From positions 11,594 through 75,593 of IMG/VR virus record IMGVR_UViG_3300032268_001411: a DNA stretch of 64,000 nt; one strand, given 5' to 3'. Of this stretch, positions 19,963 to 30,591 are shown piece by piece. The notes below the pieces were generated by a model. That model was not told the origin of the DNA and searched no databases. It saw only the letters and a program-made list of their open reading frames with translations. Source of the DNA: a virus. Each line of letters opens with the position of its first letter. Within the stretch, counting starts at the first letter, position 1. The translations under genes were made by a program, and so were the position numbers.

Positions 19963-21714
19963 ATGGCAGGAAGTTATAACCCACTAAATAATAGAAGTGA
20001 GATTGGATATGTATCCTCAGCAGTAGAAAACAAGGGATTGTTTAATAGGCTTCTTAGAAGTCTATCGAATTTTGGGATGAAATATGATGATATGTTGATG
20101 CGTAATACAGTCGGGGTCGGGATAAATGAGGATCCTTATTCGCAAAAGGGCAATTCAATGCTGGATTTTTTCTCACAACGCGCAGTTGCTTCAGTTTTGA
20201 ATAGAAAATCAATACCTTACTTAGATAGATCCTATGCAGACAAGAGAAGAATTCTTAGAGAATACTCTATAAAAGATGAGTTAAGAGATTTTGTTTCGAG
20301 AATATCGGATGAATCTATTATTTATAGCGAAGGTGATTTTTGCTCAGTCAAGCCACTATCAAATGATTACTCACAAGATATTCGTGATAAATATTCAGAA
20401 TATTTTGAGATAATTTATAATCGTTATGGATTTGGAGATAATATTACTGCTTGGAATATGATGAAAGATTTTCTCATTGATGGATATGTGGCGATTGAAA
20501 TAGTTTGGGATGATAAAAAGAAAAATATAATTGGTTTTAATAGATTAAGACCAGAAACTTTAGTGCCTGGGGGTGAACCAGCTATCGGTACAATTTGGAT
20601 ACAATATCCAGAAGATCCACAATTGAGAAGAATTTTCTTAGACTCTCAAATAGTATTCATTTCATATTCTACTCAAAATGATTATTCCGAGACATCATAT
20701 CTTGAGGGATTGATAAAGCCTTATAATCAATTAAAGATTATGGAGCAAACAAGAATAATGTTTAATATTGTAAATGCATCAGTTTATCAGAAGTTCACTG
20801 TGCCCATTAAAGGTTTACCAAGACAGAGAGCTGAAGAACAGGTTGCTCAATTGATTGCTGATTATTCTGAAGAAATCGAATGGGATGACACACTTGGAAC
20901 AGTTACTGTCAATGGTAGAAAACATCTACCCTATAATAAACAAATATGGTTTCCAGAAGGTGATGCTGGTACACCAAATATGACACTAGAATCACCTCAG
21001 GGTCATAATTTAAATGAAAATGATATGTTGACTTGGTTCTTCAACATCTTAAAAAGAGCATCAAAAATACCAATGCAAAGATTTGATAAAGACGGATCTA
21101 CAGGCGGTGGAACCGTTTTTGACGATGCCGCTTCTATGACAAGAGATGAGGTCACATTTGCAAATTTTGTAAATCGTTTAAGAGCTAACTACAAAGAATT
21201 AATAGTTAAACCCCTTAAACTTCAGATGTTGATGGAATTCCCTGAGTTAAGAGAGGATGAAATATTTCTTAACCAAGTTGATGTTTTATTTTATTCACAT
21301 CAGTTATTCGAAGAATGGAAAAAAACAGGTATTATGGAAAAAAGAGCTGGTATACTAAGTACACTTTTAGGTATTCAAACCGCAGATGGGCAACCATATT
21401 TTCACATTGATTACCTTATCGATAAAATTATGAAATTAACACCAGAAGAGAAAGAAGAAAACCAATCTTATTGGCTTAAATCTAAGGCAGGAGGTGGATC
21501 GGCTGAGGGTGCAGAAGGTGGTGATATGGGAGCAGAAGGTGGTGATATGGGTGGTGGCGATATGGGTGCTGGTGATATGGGTGCTGAATCTGGAGCAGCA
21601 CAAGGCGGTGCACAAGCCGGTGGAGCTCAGGCAGGGGCTCAGGCAGGCGGAGCACAGGCAGGTGGTGCTCAAGCAGGTGGTGAATCCGGTGGTGGGGGAG
21701 AATTTGAATTTTAA
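19963..21714 (+). CDS. Portal protein, gp20-like, with Gly-rich tail
   Basis: FLIDG, SYLEGLIKPYNQLKIME, LPRQRAE, WFP, TRDEVTFANFVNRLR. Confidence 0.9.
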   Translation: MAGSYNPLNNRSEIGYVSSAVENKGLFNRLLRSLSNFGMKYDDMLMRNTVGVGINEDPYSQKGNSMLDFFSQRAVASVLNRKSIPYLDRSYADKRRILREYSIKDELRDFVSRISDESIIYSEGDFCSVKPLSNDYSQDIRDKYSEYFEIIYNRYGFGDNITAWNMMKDFLIDGYVAIEIVWDDKKKNIIGFNRLRPETLVPGGEPAIGTIWIQYPEDPQLRRIFLDSQIVFISYSTQNDYSETSYLEGLIKPYNQLKIMEQTRIMFNIVNASVYQKFTVPIKGLPRQRAEEQVAQLIADYSEEIEWDDTLGTVTVNGRKHLPYNKQIWFPEGDAGTPNMTLESPQGHNLNENDMLTWFFNILKRASKIPMQRFDKDGSTGGGTVFDDAASMTRDEVTFANFVNRLRANYKELIVKPLKLQMLMEFPELREDEIFLNQVDVLFYSHQLFEEWKKTGIMEKRAGILSTLLGIQTADGQPYFHIDYLIDKIMKLTPEEKEENQSYWLKSKAGGGSAEGAEGGDMGAEGGDMGGGDMGAGDMGAESGAAQGGAQAGGAQAGAQAGGAQAGGAQAGGESGGGGEFEF

Positions 21715-21735
21715 TCAAAATAAAAAAGGGAAAAA

Positions 21736-22146
21736 TTAATTTTTTTCCCTTTTTCTTTTTTCTATTATTTCCTTTGATTTTGAAGGGTTATCAACACCCC
21801 ACTTTTCAATCATGGTTTCTTTTATTTTATTTTTTATTTTTTTACTTTGTATTGGATATTCAACTCCATGATTTTCTACCAAAGTTTCTTTTCTTTTCTT
21901 CTCGGAACATTTTCTACAAAAGTAATCACCCCAACGATTTCCATATTTGACATAGTTTTTGAAAATAACTTCTTTAACTACACCACATTTATCACATTTA
22001 CAATTTATTTTATAATGACTACCCGAAGTTAATAATTCTATTGGTATAACTAAATTTTCACCAAGAGTTACATCGTAACCAAGTTCTTCATAATATCCGA
22101 AATTTGATTCGGTTATTTTTACCAATATTTCTCTCGTTAGTATCAT
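21736..22146 (-). CDS. Endonuclease-associated Zn-finger/KxGV-repeat protein lacking the nuclease domain
   Basis: CKCDKCG, FCRKCS, HGVEYP, KWGVDNP; resembles the N-terminus of 15508-17295. Confidence 0.65.
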   Translation of the reverse strand: MILTREILVKITESNFGYYEELGYDVTLGENLVIPIELLTSGSHYKINCKCDKCGVVKEVIFKNYVKYGNRWGDYFCRKCSEKKRKETLVENHGVEYPIQSKKIKNKIKETMIEKWGVDNPSKSKEIIEKRKREKN

Positions 22147-22622
22147 TTTTTTAATGAGTAGTGATAGGATTCTGTCCCACTTATAAACTTTACATTTAGA
22201 TCTATATCAAATGTAATGATTTTTTCTTCTGAGTTATATATGGGAACAAGCTCTAGCTCTAACTCATCCTTTTTCAAATTTTGTAGTGGTCTCCCAATTG
22301 CAGTATTCAATATTTTTATACCTGCCCAAAATTCACCATCCTCAAAAGATATTTCAGTTATAACGTGAGAAGCATAATATTGACTTATATCATTTCTTGT
22401 ACCAGAACCTTGATAAGTTGAACCATAACGTGTATTATCTATTGAAATCGAACCGAGTCTTTGAAATTTATCTTCACCACTTACATTTTCTTCTAAAGAA
22501 AAAATTTCATTTATAAACTCATCTCTCCTTAACATTATAGCAACTTCATTAGAATAATTTCTAATGAATTCCCACATATCTGATTCGAAATTTTCTCCGG
22601 TTTGTCTAATTTTTATTTTCAT
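22143..22622 (-). CDS. Degenerate prohead-protease paralog, catalytic motifs absent
   Basis: ASHVIT..GIKILNTAIGR..KIITFDI matches ASHIIR..EIKLLNTYWGK..KLFTYDI of 24406-26586. Confidence 0.6.
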   Translation of the reverse strand: MKIKIRQTGENFESDMWEFIRNYSNEVAIMLRRDEFINEIFSLEENVSGEDKFQRLGSISIDNTRYGSTYQGSGTRNDISQYYASHVITEISFEDGEFWAGIKILNTAIGRPLQNLKKDELELELVPIYNSEEKIITFDIDLNVKFISGTESYHYSLKK

Positions 22623-22623
22623 T

Positions 22624-24252
22624 TTATAAATTTAATTCCCACTTAATTTTACCACAGTCCCAAATTTTTGGTATCTCTAATTTCGATTCTGATATTCCAG
22701 TTACAGATTTCTTAAAATTAGATTTGTGTACTCTCCTTTCACCTACTACATATTTATAATCCGGTTCACTTTCACTCACTTTCTCAAAATTTAACTTCTG
22801 ATATAAATTTCCTCTACTCCAATCTTTGTCTGCATAACTAATTATTCGTTTTGGTTTCAAATTATCTAAAAAAAATTTCAAAAGTTTAGAAGCCCCACCA
22901 ATTATATTATGTTCCAATTTATTACAAAATCTATTCAGATTCCACTCGTACTGAGACATTTTCTTACGACCTTCCCATTTATCAAATGTCATCAAAGAAA
23001 CTAATTCTTCATTGTAAAATAAACCTAATTTGATATTTGAATTAACATGACCTTGAATGTGATTATTATTCAAAAATTCTCTAACTAATGTAATATCCTT
23101 TATTTCAACAACCTTACACTTTCTAGCGAATATTTTTTTGTTGATTCCAATCAAACTTTTTATTTGACTTTTGATAATTTCACCCTTTTGTTTCCAATCA
23201 TCCTCCCAAATATGAATCAATCTTATTCCATTTTTTTCAAAAAAATTTGATTTATTAAGATGAAAACTTTTATCTTTATATCTATCTGAATGCCAATAAA
23301 TACCATTCATTTCGAACCCTAATTTTAATTCTGGTAAATAAATGTCTATTTCTGCCCTATCTATTTTAAAATTTTGAATTATTTCACCATTGTAAATTGA
23401 TTTGATATAATTAAAGAGTTTGATTTCTTGTCCAGATTGATTCTTACCTATTGGGTTACAAACGGTACATATTTCAGTGTTAGTTTCTCTTCTTTTATAG
23501 AAGAGAACTCTATTAATCGAATATTTTGAATTGCAACTATTGCAAAAAATATTATAAAATTCATTTTCTATTGATATCAATTTATCAATTTTTTCAAAGG
23601 ATTTTTTTGATAGTGTATTTTTTAATGAGGTTTTTATTTTATCAATTACAAATTCATTTTTTGACGGTGCTTCACTCCCCCATTTTTCTATATTTTTTTT
23701 GATACTTTTTTCTTTGAAATAAACTGATTGAAATAAATAATCACATCCATATTTTACTCTATTGGAGTTAATTTGATTTTTTTTGAAATCATCTGACCTG
23801 AATATATAATCTACACCATTATTTCTTATTGATGTTTTAACCTTTTTAATCTCAATTGAATTTAATTGTGACACATTTTCAACACCCCATTTTATTTTAT
23901 TAGTTTCAATTCTTTTTCTATTTACTTCTTCTTTATCTAATTTAGAAAAACTCTCTTTTATTTTTTCTTTTACTTTTTCTGACTGTGAAATAAATTCAAC
24001 GCCAAACTTTTCTAAATTAGTCTTTTTAGTTTTTTCTTTGGTAGATTCTAACTGAAAAACATTTTCGACTCCATACTTCTCTAAGTTATTCTTTTTTAGT
24101 TTACATTTTCTACATAAATATTCACCATCTATATATCCATAAGAAGTATAGAGTTTGAACTCTAAGCTCTTTTCTATCTCACAAATATCACACTTCACCT
24201 CAATTTCTTTTTTACTCCACTTTCCTAAACCACCTATATCACTTAGAATCAT
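22624..24252 (-). CDS. Hef-like putative homing endonuclease
   Basis: KYGVEN repeats; EIDIYLP..FEMNGIYWH..IWEDDW; GNAT-like tail. Confidence 0.75.
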   Translation of the reverse strand: MILSDIGGLGKWSKKEIEVKCDICEIEKSLEFKLYTSYGYIDGEYLCRKCKLKKNNLEKYGVENVFQLESTKEKTKKTNLEKFGVEFISQSEKVKEKIKESFSKLDKEEVNRKRIETNKIKWGVENVSQLNSIEIKKVKTSIRNNGVDYIFRSDDFKKNQINSNRVKYGCDYLFQSVYFKEKSIKKNIEKWGSEAPSKNEFVIDKIKTSLKNTLSKKSFEKIDKLISIENEFYNIFCNSCNSKYSINRVLFYKRRETNTEICTVCNPIGKNQSGQEIKLFNYIKSIYNGEIIQNFKIDRAEIDIYLPELKLGFEMNGIYWHSDRYKDKSFHLNKSNFFEKNGIRLIHIWEDDWKQKGEIIKSQIKSLIGINKKIFARKCKVVEIKDITLVREFLNNNHIQGHVNSNIKLGLFYNEELVSLMTFDKWEGRKKMSQYEWNLNRFCNKLEHNIIGGASKLLKFFLDNLKPKRIISYADKDWSRGNLYQKLNFEKVSESEPDYKYVVGERRVHKSNFKKSVTGISESKLEIPKIWDCGKIKWELNL

Positions 24253-24405
24253 AAGACTGAATTATTTTTATCAAATTAACCATACACTATATATAAAAAT
24301 AAATCATTTGTTTCATTGGTATTTTATTTATCCATAAAAAATCCACCTTTATTTTTTTTCGGTTTTTTACATTATATATACAAATATAAAAATAATTATG
24401 CCTTA

Positions 24406-26586
24406 ATGAAACCAATATTAATTGTTGAAAACAACGCAAATCCCTTAAAGGAAAACGTTAGAATTTCAGGTGGTAAGAAAGATTATGTTTTGGGTGGTAT
24501 TTTCACTGAATTTGATGTAAAAAATCGAAATGAGAGAATTTATACTGCTTCAAAATTTCTTCCATGCCTAAATGAATTGAATGAACGTATTCAGACTATG
24601 GGTGTGGTTTATGGTGAATTCGATCATCCCGACGTCTTCGACACATCACTATCACGTGCTTCTCACATTATTAGAGGAGCAAAATACATCAAAGAATCTA
24701 ACCGTGTTGAAGGTGAGATTAAATTATTGAATACTTACTGGGGTAAAGAAGCCAAATCACTAGTTGATGATGGTTGTCCAGTATTTGTATCTTCAAGAGC
24801 TGCTGGTGTAACGGAATCAGATGGAACAGTAACACTTAAGAAGTTATTTACCTATGATATTGTTGCTGATCCTGGATTTGGATCTGCTAGAATGAAATCT
24901 ATTAATGAATCCTTTGGATTTTCTAATAAATCTAACTTTAGGATATATGAAATGTCCGACGAGTCTAAAATCAATGATCTTTTCAATATGAATAACAAAG
25001 ACTATGTTACTAAGCAACAGTTGTCTGACTATTCTAAGTATTTAGTGAATGAAATCGCTTCTACGAAGAAAGCTGCACAATCAGCTCTAAAGACTGGTAA
25101 CTTAAATCCAAGAAAATTAGAGCAATTACTTGAGTACTATGAAGAACTCAATAAAACTAATTCTCAAATGGTCAAATATCTTGACTACCTAGCAGAAAAA
25201 GTACAAGTAGTTGTAAATGAAAACAAATCACTTAAGACTACAACTAAAAAACTAATTTCTCACAACGACTATTTAGCTGAGAACCTCGAAAAGGCTATTA
25301 ATTATTCTGAATATGTTGCTGAAAATGTAGATAAGAATATTTCTTACACTAAATATTTGGCTGAAAACCTTGATAAGAATATTTCTTACTCTGAATATGT
25401 AGCTGAGAATGTTGATAAAAACATTGAATATTCTAACTACTTGGCAGAAAATCTTGACAAGAACATTGCTTACTCTGAATACGTAGCTGAAAACTTAGAT
25501 AAGAACATTGCTTACTCTGAATATATTGCAGAAAATCTCGACAAAAACATTGCTTACTCTGAGTATATCGCAGAAAACTTGGATAAGAACATTGCTTACT
25601 CTGAGTACATCGCAGAAAATCTTGACAAGAACATTGCTTACTCTGAATATATTGCAGAAAACTTAGATTCATCAATTGCTTACTCTGAATACTTGGCTGA
25701 GCATGTTGAAGGTAACATTGCTTACTCTGAATACATCGCTGAGCACCTTGATGATAACATCGCTTATTCTGAATACCTAGCTGAGAACTTGGATAAAACA
25801 GTTTCTTATGCTGGAATGATTACTGAAAAAATGAATAGAGGTGGTAGACTATTTGAGAGTAACGCTTATGGTAGCGATATGATGCCAACTTTATCTGAAG
25901 TAGGTTTCGAGGAAATCGAAGATGAAAAATACGAAGAGGAAGAAGAGGGTGATGATGATACATATATGATGATGCAACATCCTAAGAAATCTATGTATAT
26001 GGGAATGGAAAATTCTATGGACATGGAAGCTGAAGAAAGCGAAGAAGACAAAGAAGCCTATGTAGGCGAATCTGATACTGAACTATCAAAACAAATAGAT
26101 AAACTTATTGAAGAAGCTAGAAAACGTAAAGTTTCTGAAACAAATGATTTAAATTTTTTGAAGTTTTTGAATAAGTCTCAAGTGAATAGTTATTATAACT
26201 TAACAAATGAGGAACAAGAACAAGTAAAGCTTTACATAAACGAAAGAAGTTATTTTACTGGTAAAGAAGTTCTAAATTTAATTCAAGAGTCTCTTTCAGT
26301 AAAGAACGAATCACTAGAAGAAAAAATGATTAGATTGATGCCTGATAACGTTAAGACAGTTTGGTCAGAATTGAGTGATTCAAGTAAAAAATCAATCCTT
26401 TCACAAGCAAGACTCTACCCAGATTTAACAAATGAGAGCAAAATTGAGAATTTCTGGATGACAAGAAGTTTGCTTAAAAAACAAACACCTACTAAGAAAT
26501 TAGTAAGCCATACTTCCCTAATTCAAGAAGATAAATTATCTGATAATGAAATGAAAGGAATTTTGGAAAGATTTAAAAATCTCTAA
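24406..26586 (+). CDS. Prohead protease (gp21-like) fused to a scaffold/core domain
   Basis: KNRNERIY, YGEFDHP, VSSRA, YDIVADP; long helical repeat and acidic C-terminal region; lies between portal and capsid genes. Confidence 0.9.
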   Translation: MKPILIVENNANPLKENVRISGGKKDYVLGGIFTEFDVKNRNERIYTASKFLPCLNELNERIQTMGVVYGEFDHPDVFDTSLSRASHIIRGAKYIKESNRVEGEIKLLNTYWGKEAKSLVDDGCPVFVSSRAAGVTESDGTVTLKKLFTYDIVADPGFGSARMKSINESFGFSNKSNFRIYEMSDESKINDLFNMNNKDYVTKQQLSDYSKYLVNEIASTKKAAQSALKTGNLNPRKLEQLLEYYEELNKTNSQMVKYLDYLAEKVQVVVNENKSLKTTTKKLISHNDYLAENLEKAINYSEYVAENVDKNISYTKYLAENLDKNISYSEYVAENVDKNIEYSNYLAENLDKNIAYSEYVAENLDKNIAYSEYIAENLDKNIAYSEYIAENLDKNIAYSEYIAENLDKNIAYSEYIAENLDSSIAYSEYLAEHVEGNIAYSEYIAEHLDDNIAYSEYLAENLDKTVSYAGMITEKMNRGGRLFESNAYGSDMMPTLSEVGFEEIEDEKYEEEEEGDDDTYMMMQHPKKSMYMGMENSMDMEAEESEEDKEAYVGESDTELSKQIDKLIEEARKRKVSETNDLNFLKFLNKSQVNSYYNLTNEEQEQVKLYINERSYFTGKEVLNLIQESLSVKNESLEEKMIRLMPDNVKTVWSELSDSSKKSILSQARLYPDLTNESKIENFWMTRSLLKKQTPTKKLVSHTSLIQEDKLSDNEMKGILERFKNL
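25270..25815 (+). repeat. 13 tandem 42-bp repeats encoding Y(I/L/V)AENLDKNIAYSE
   Basis: Directly visible in DNA and protein. Confidence 0.95.
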
Positions 26587-26664
26587 TCTATAAAAAATCC
26601 ACGTTTAAAATTTATTAAATTTTTGGGGTTATATATAGATAAAATAAAAAAAAACAAATTAATT

Positions 26665-28431
26665 ATGTCACACATTAGAATAGACAAACAAAAAGCACTT
26701 AAAAAATGGGCTCCTGTATTGGAGAACATGGGTGTTGTAAGCGAAGACAGACTTGACTGGATGTCTGAGTATGCTGAATTCCACACAATCAACGAAAACG
26801 CATACGTAAATGCAGCTAATGCTGGTATGGGTGCTGTAAGTTCACCACAACCATCTCTTTATGCTGGTTCAAACAACTACGCTGGTGGTAGTATCGCTGC
26901 TGGTAATGCATTAAATAACTTTGGTAATATTGGATCTGGTGATTTGGGTCAAAACCTACTTCCAGTAGCAATGAAGATCGCAGCTCAAACAATTGGTTTG
27001 GATCTAGTATCTGTAAAACCATCTCCGGGTCCGAAATTAGACCTTCTTTATATTGACTTCCAATATGATGATGTTGATACAAATCAAGGCCGTCCATTAG
27101 TTTTTAAAGTTAACTCTGGTGTTAATAACACTGCAGTAAATGCCGCTATTAGAGCGTTGAGTGGATATAGCACTAACATTTTAGAATCAGTTGGTGGTAT
27201 TCAATCAGCATTGAGTTCAGGTTCTCCTTACCATGTTTATGTTTCTTTAAATGCAACTGGAAATAGTGGACTCGGTGCTATCGGTGTAGTTCAACTTTCA
27301 ACTACTACAGGTTTGTCTGATAAAGAGGGTATTGCTGAATTTCTTGGTTTCTCTCGTATTGACGGTTATCCAATCTTCAGAGCGTTCAGACAAGCAAATG
27401 CTGTTGGAAATATGACACTAACTTCGCCATACGCTGCACCTTATCAATACGAACCAAGTCTTAACACTTTCAATCCAACTGGATCAATTGCTGGTCAAAT
27501 TAACTTGATTGCTGGTGTAACAGTTTCAGCTGTTGTTGAATTAGTATCAGCTTTAGAAGATCAACTTCCAGCTTTCTCTACTAACTTCACAGACAACTCT
27601 CAGAATGGTAGATATCCAATGAGCCGTTCTGAAGATGATTTAACTTACGCTGGTGTAATCGGACCAAAGATTTCTTCGAAATCAATTGCTGTTGGTACTA
27701 TCGAAGTTTCTTCAGTATTGAGAAGAACTGAAATCGAAGACATTAAAGCTAACACAGGTATGGACATCGTTCAAAAAATGGAATCTATCCTTGTAAACGA
27801 ATTGTCTCAGACAATCTCTAAACAAATCGTAGGTAAAGTATTTGAAATGGGTGATTTGAACAGAAATACTGCTCCACTTGGTGGAACTGGTTCTGGTGTT
27901 ATTGCAAATCAAACAGTTTTCGACTTAGATACTATTTACGCAGTAACTGGACCTGGTGGTGAAACTACTCACGCAGTACAACGTAAACTTATCACTAAGA
28001 TGGTTCACGCTTCTAACTATATCGCAACTGAAGGTCGTGTAGGTCCTGCTCAGTACGCTGTAACAAACGGAGCTTTGGCTGCATCACTTATGGACATCGC
28101 TGGTTACACTGTTAACCCAGTTAAATCTAAAATCAACGGTTCAGGTCAACTTTACCCTGTTGGACAGATTGGTGATATCCAAGTATATGTAGACCCATAT
28201 ATGAAGTATAACGATAACAGAATCGTTTTAGGTAGAAAGAACAATCCTGATCAACCAGGTATTATCTTCGTACCTTACTTGATGGCTCAGTCAATCAGCC
28301 TTATTTCTGAAGCTACATTCGCACCAAGAATGTTGTTAAGAAGCCGTTATGCAGTCGCGGAAGTTGGTTGGTTCCCACAAAAACAGTATATGACTATTAA
28401 AGTGCAAGATGCTAATGGTTTCCTTAACTAA
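26665..28431 (+). CDS. Major capsid protein, gp23-like
   Basis: KKWAPVLE, AAQTIGLDLVSVKP, VYVDPY, IFVPY, PRMLLRSRYA; strong codon bias. Confidence 0.92.
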   Translation: MSHIRIDKQKALKKWAPVLENMGVVSEDRLDWMSEYAEFHTINENAYVNAANAGMGAVSSPQPSLYAGSNNYAGGSIAAGNALNNFGNIGSGDLGQNLLPVAMKIAAQTIGLDLVSVKPSPGPKLDLLYIDFQYDDVDTNQGRPLVFKVNSGVNNTAVNAAIRALSGYSTNILESVGGIQSALSSGSPYHVYVSLNATGNSGLGAIGVVQLSTTTGLSDKEGIAEFLGFSRIDGYPIFRAFRQANAVGNMTLTSPYAAPYQYEPSLNTFNPTGSIAGQINLIAGVTVSAVVELVSALEDQLPAFSTNFTDNSQNGRYPMSRSEDDLTYAGVIGPKISSKSIAVGTIEVSSVLRRTEIEDIKANTGMDIVQKMESILVNELSQTISKQIVGKVFEMGDLNRNTAPLGGTGSGVIANQTVFDLDTIYAVTGPGGETTHAVQRKLITKMVHASNYIATEGRVGPAQYAVTNGALAASLMDIAGYTVNPVKSKINGSGQLYPVGQIGDIQVYVDPYMKYNDNRIVLGRKNNPDQPGIIFVPYLMAQSISLISEATFAPRMLLRSRYAVAEVGWFPQKQYMTIKVQDANGFLN

Positions 28432-28452
28432 TCAGTTATATCCTATTCATAT

Positions 28453-28484
28453 AAAAGAGAGAACTTCGGTTCTCTCTTTTTTTT
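28453..28484 (+). terminator. Intrinsic terminator after the capsid gene
   Basis: AAAAGAGAGAAC-TTCG-GTTCTCTCTTTTTT. Confidence 0.9.
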
Positions 28485-28529
28485 TATTCAAAGGAGCAAA
28501 CATTACTTTGACATATAAATATAATATAA

Positions 28530-30506
28530 ATGAATAAGTTAGAAATAATTGACAAAATCTTACAAGATGAAGGAAACCGATTAAGAGAATCATATTTCAT
28601 CAAAAATAGTCCCCATATTCTGGATGAAATATTGCAATATTGCACTAATATTACTCACATACCTTTCAAACAGAAAATTTGGCACTGGGTGAATGATAAT
28701 CCAAATGAATACCTTTGTAAATGTGGTAACACAACAACTTTCAATAGAAACTGGAAAGATGGTTATAGAAAATATTGTTCGGCTAAATGCTCAGCAACTG
28801 ACACTTCTACAAAAGAAAAACGTAAAAACACAAATGTTCAAAAATATGGGGTTGATAATGTTGCTAAAGCAGATAGCATTAAAAATAAACAAATGGAAAC
28901 TAATTTAGATAGATATGGTACTAAATCATCTGCTCAAAACGAAGAAGTTAAAAAGAAATATAAAAATACTATTAAGAAGAAATATGGAACTGAATATTAT
29001 TTTCAATCAGATGATTTTAAATTGAAATCAATGGATTCCAATTTAGAAAAGTATGGAACTCATTTTACCAAAACAGAAGAATATAAAGAAAAAACTAAGA
29101 AAACTAATTTAGAAAAATTTAATAATGAGTGGTACACACAAACAGAAGAGTATAAAGAGAGATATAAAAAAACTTCTTTAGAAAAATGGGGTGTTGAAAG
29201 CTTTCTACAATCAGAAGAACTTAGAAACATTTTAAAAAATAATAAGCCCGAAATAATAGAGAAAATTAAAAAAACATCACTACATAAATGGGGTGTTGAA
29301 TGGTATAACAAAACCGATGATTTTAGGAATAAAATAAAGGAAAAGTGGGAAAGTGGTGTCTATTCGAATATAAAATCAAAATCGATAATTACAAATAATC
29401 TTTTATATGGATTTGATTGGTTTACTCAAACAGAAGAATGGAGGAATTATTTAAAGTCTGATGAATTTAGGAATAAAATAAAATACTCACTTATTGAAAA
29501 ATCTAGCGAACATTATAAAAATATAGGATATGTTCTATTGGATATTGAAAATGACTTTGTTACATTAAAGGGTAACTGTGGACACACATTCAAAATAAAA
29601 ATCTACAATGCGAGTAGAAGGAACATCAATGGATTAATTGTATGTACAGAATGTAATCCAATTAATATAAGCCAATCTGGTTCTGAAATAAACCTCGTGA
29701 GTTGGCTAAATCAACATATAGAATTAGAAACAAAAAACAGAAGTCAAATTTCACCACTTGAGCTAGATATATACATTTCTTCTAAAAGTGTTGCAATTGA
29801 ATATAATGGACTATATTGGCATTCAGAACTTTACAAAAACAAGAAATATCATTTAGAAAAACTTCTAAGATGTAATGAAGTCGGTATAGACTTAATTCAA
29901 GTTTGGGAAGATGATTGGTTAGAAAGACAAGAAATAGTTAAGTCTATAATCCTCTCTAGACTTGGATTGATTCAAAATAAAATTGGTGCGAGAAAGTGCC
30001 ATATCGAATTTATCCAGGATAGAAATTTAGTGAATAATTTTTTTGATAACAATCATATACAAGGAAAGACTAATTATAAGTTTGCTGTTGGGTTGTTTTA
30101 TAATGAAGAATTAGTTTCTTGTATGTTATTCAATAAACCAAAAAAGGATTTTGAATTAGTAAGATTCGCTAATAAAATAAATTTAACTGTGAGTGGGGCA
30201 GCATCAAGACTATTTAAATATTTCAACGATAATCAAGATGTTTCTGAGATAGTTTCATTTGCCGATAGGGCAACTTTTAATGGTAATTTATATAGGGAAT
30301 TAGGTTTTGAATTTGTCCATAGGACGGAACCAAATTTTTGGTGGATAGTAGACGGCAGAAGAAAACATAGATTTACTTATAATAAACAGAAATTAATAAA
30401 GGCTGGTGGTGATCCGAATAAAACTGAAGTCCAAATAATGAATGAAATGGGATATCAAAGAATATTTGGATGTGGACAAGATAAATATGTTTATAAAAAA
30501 CACTAA
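28530..30506 (+). CDS. Hef-like putative homing endonuclease
   Basis: CKCG..YCSAKC, KYGV repeats, ELDIYI..AIEYNGLYWH..VWEDDW, GNAT-like tail. Confidence 0.75.
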   Translation: MNKLEIIDKILQDEGNRLRESYFIKNSPHILDEILQYCTNITHIPFKQKIWHWVNDNPNEYLCKCGNTTTFNRNWKDGYRKYCSAKCSATDTSTKEKRKNTNVQKYGVDNVAKADSIKNKQMETNLDRYGTKSSAQNEEVKKKYKNTIKKKYGTEYYFQSDDFKLKSMDSNLEKYGTHFTKTEEYKEKTKKTNLEKFNNEWYTQTEEYKERYKKTSLEKWGVESFLQSEELRNILKNNKPEIIEKIKKTSLHKWGVEWYNKTDDFRNKIKEKWESGVYSNIKSKSIITNNLLYGFDWFTQTEEWRNYLKSDEFRNKIKYSLIEKSSEHYKNIGYVLLDIENDFVTLKGNCGHTFKIKIYNASRRNINGLIVCTECNPINISQSGSEINLVSWLNQHIELETKNRSQISPLELDIYISSKSVAIEYNGLYWHSELYKNKKYHLEKLLRCNEVGIDLIQVWEDDWLERQEIVKSIILSRLGLIQNKIGARKCHIEFIQDRNLVNNFFDNNHIQGKTNYKFAVGLFYNEELVSCMLFNKPKKDFELVRFANKINLTVSGAASRLFKYFNDNQDVSEIVSFADRATFNGNLYRELGFEFVHRTEPNFWWIVDGRRKHRFTYNKQKLIKAGGDPNKTEVQIMNEMGYQRIFGCGQDKYVYKKH

Positions 30507-30591
30507 AAGTCTTCTTTTTATTAATAATTTACTTTATTGAATTTTTTTCTTTTTTTTCTTTAATATATACTATTAAAAATAATTTAAAACT

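Noticed and set aside
25270-25815. 42-bp repeats as a CRISPR array
   Set aside because: No unique spacers; differences are mostly synonymous within an open coding frame
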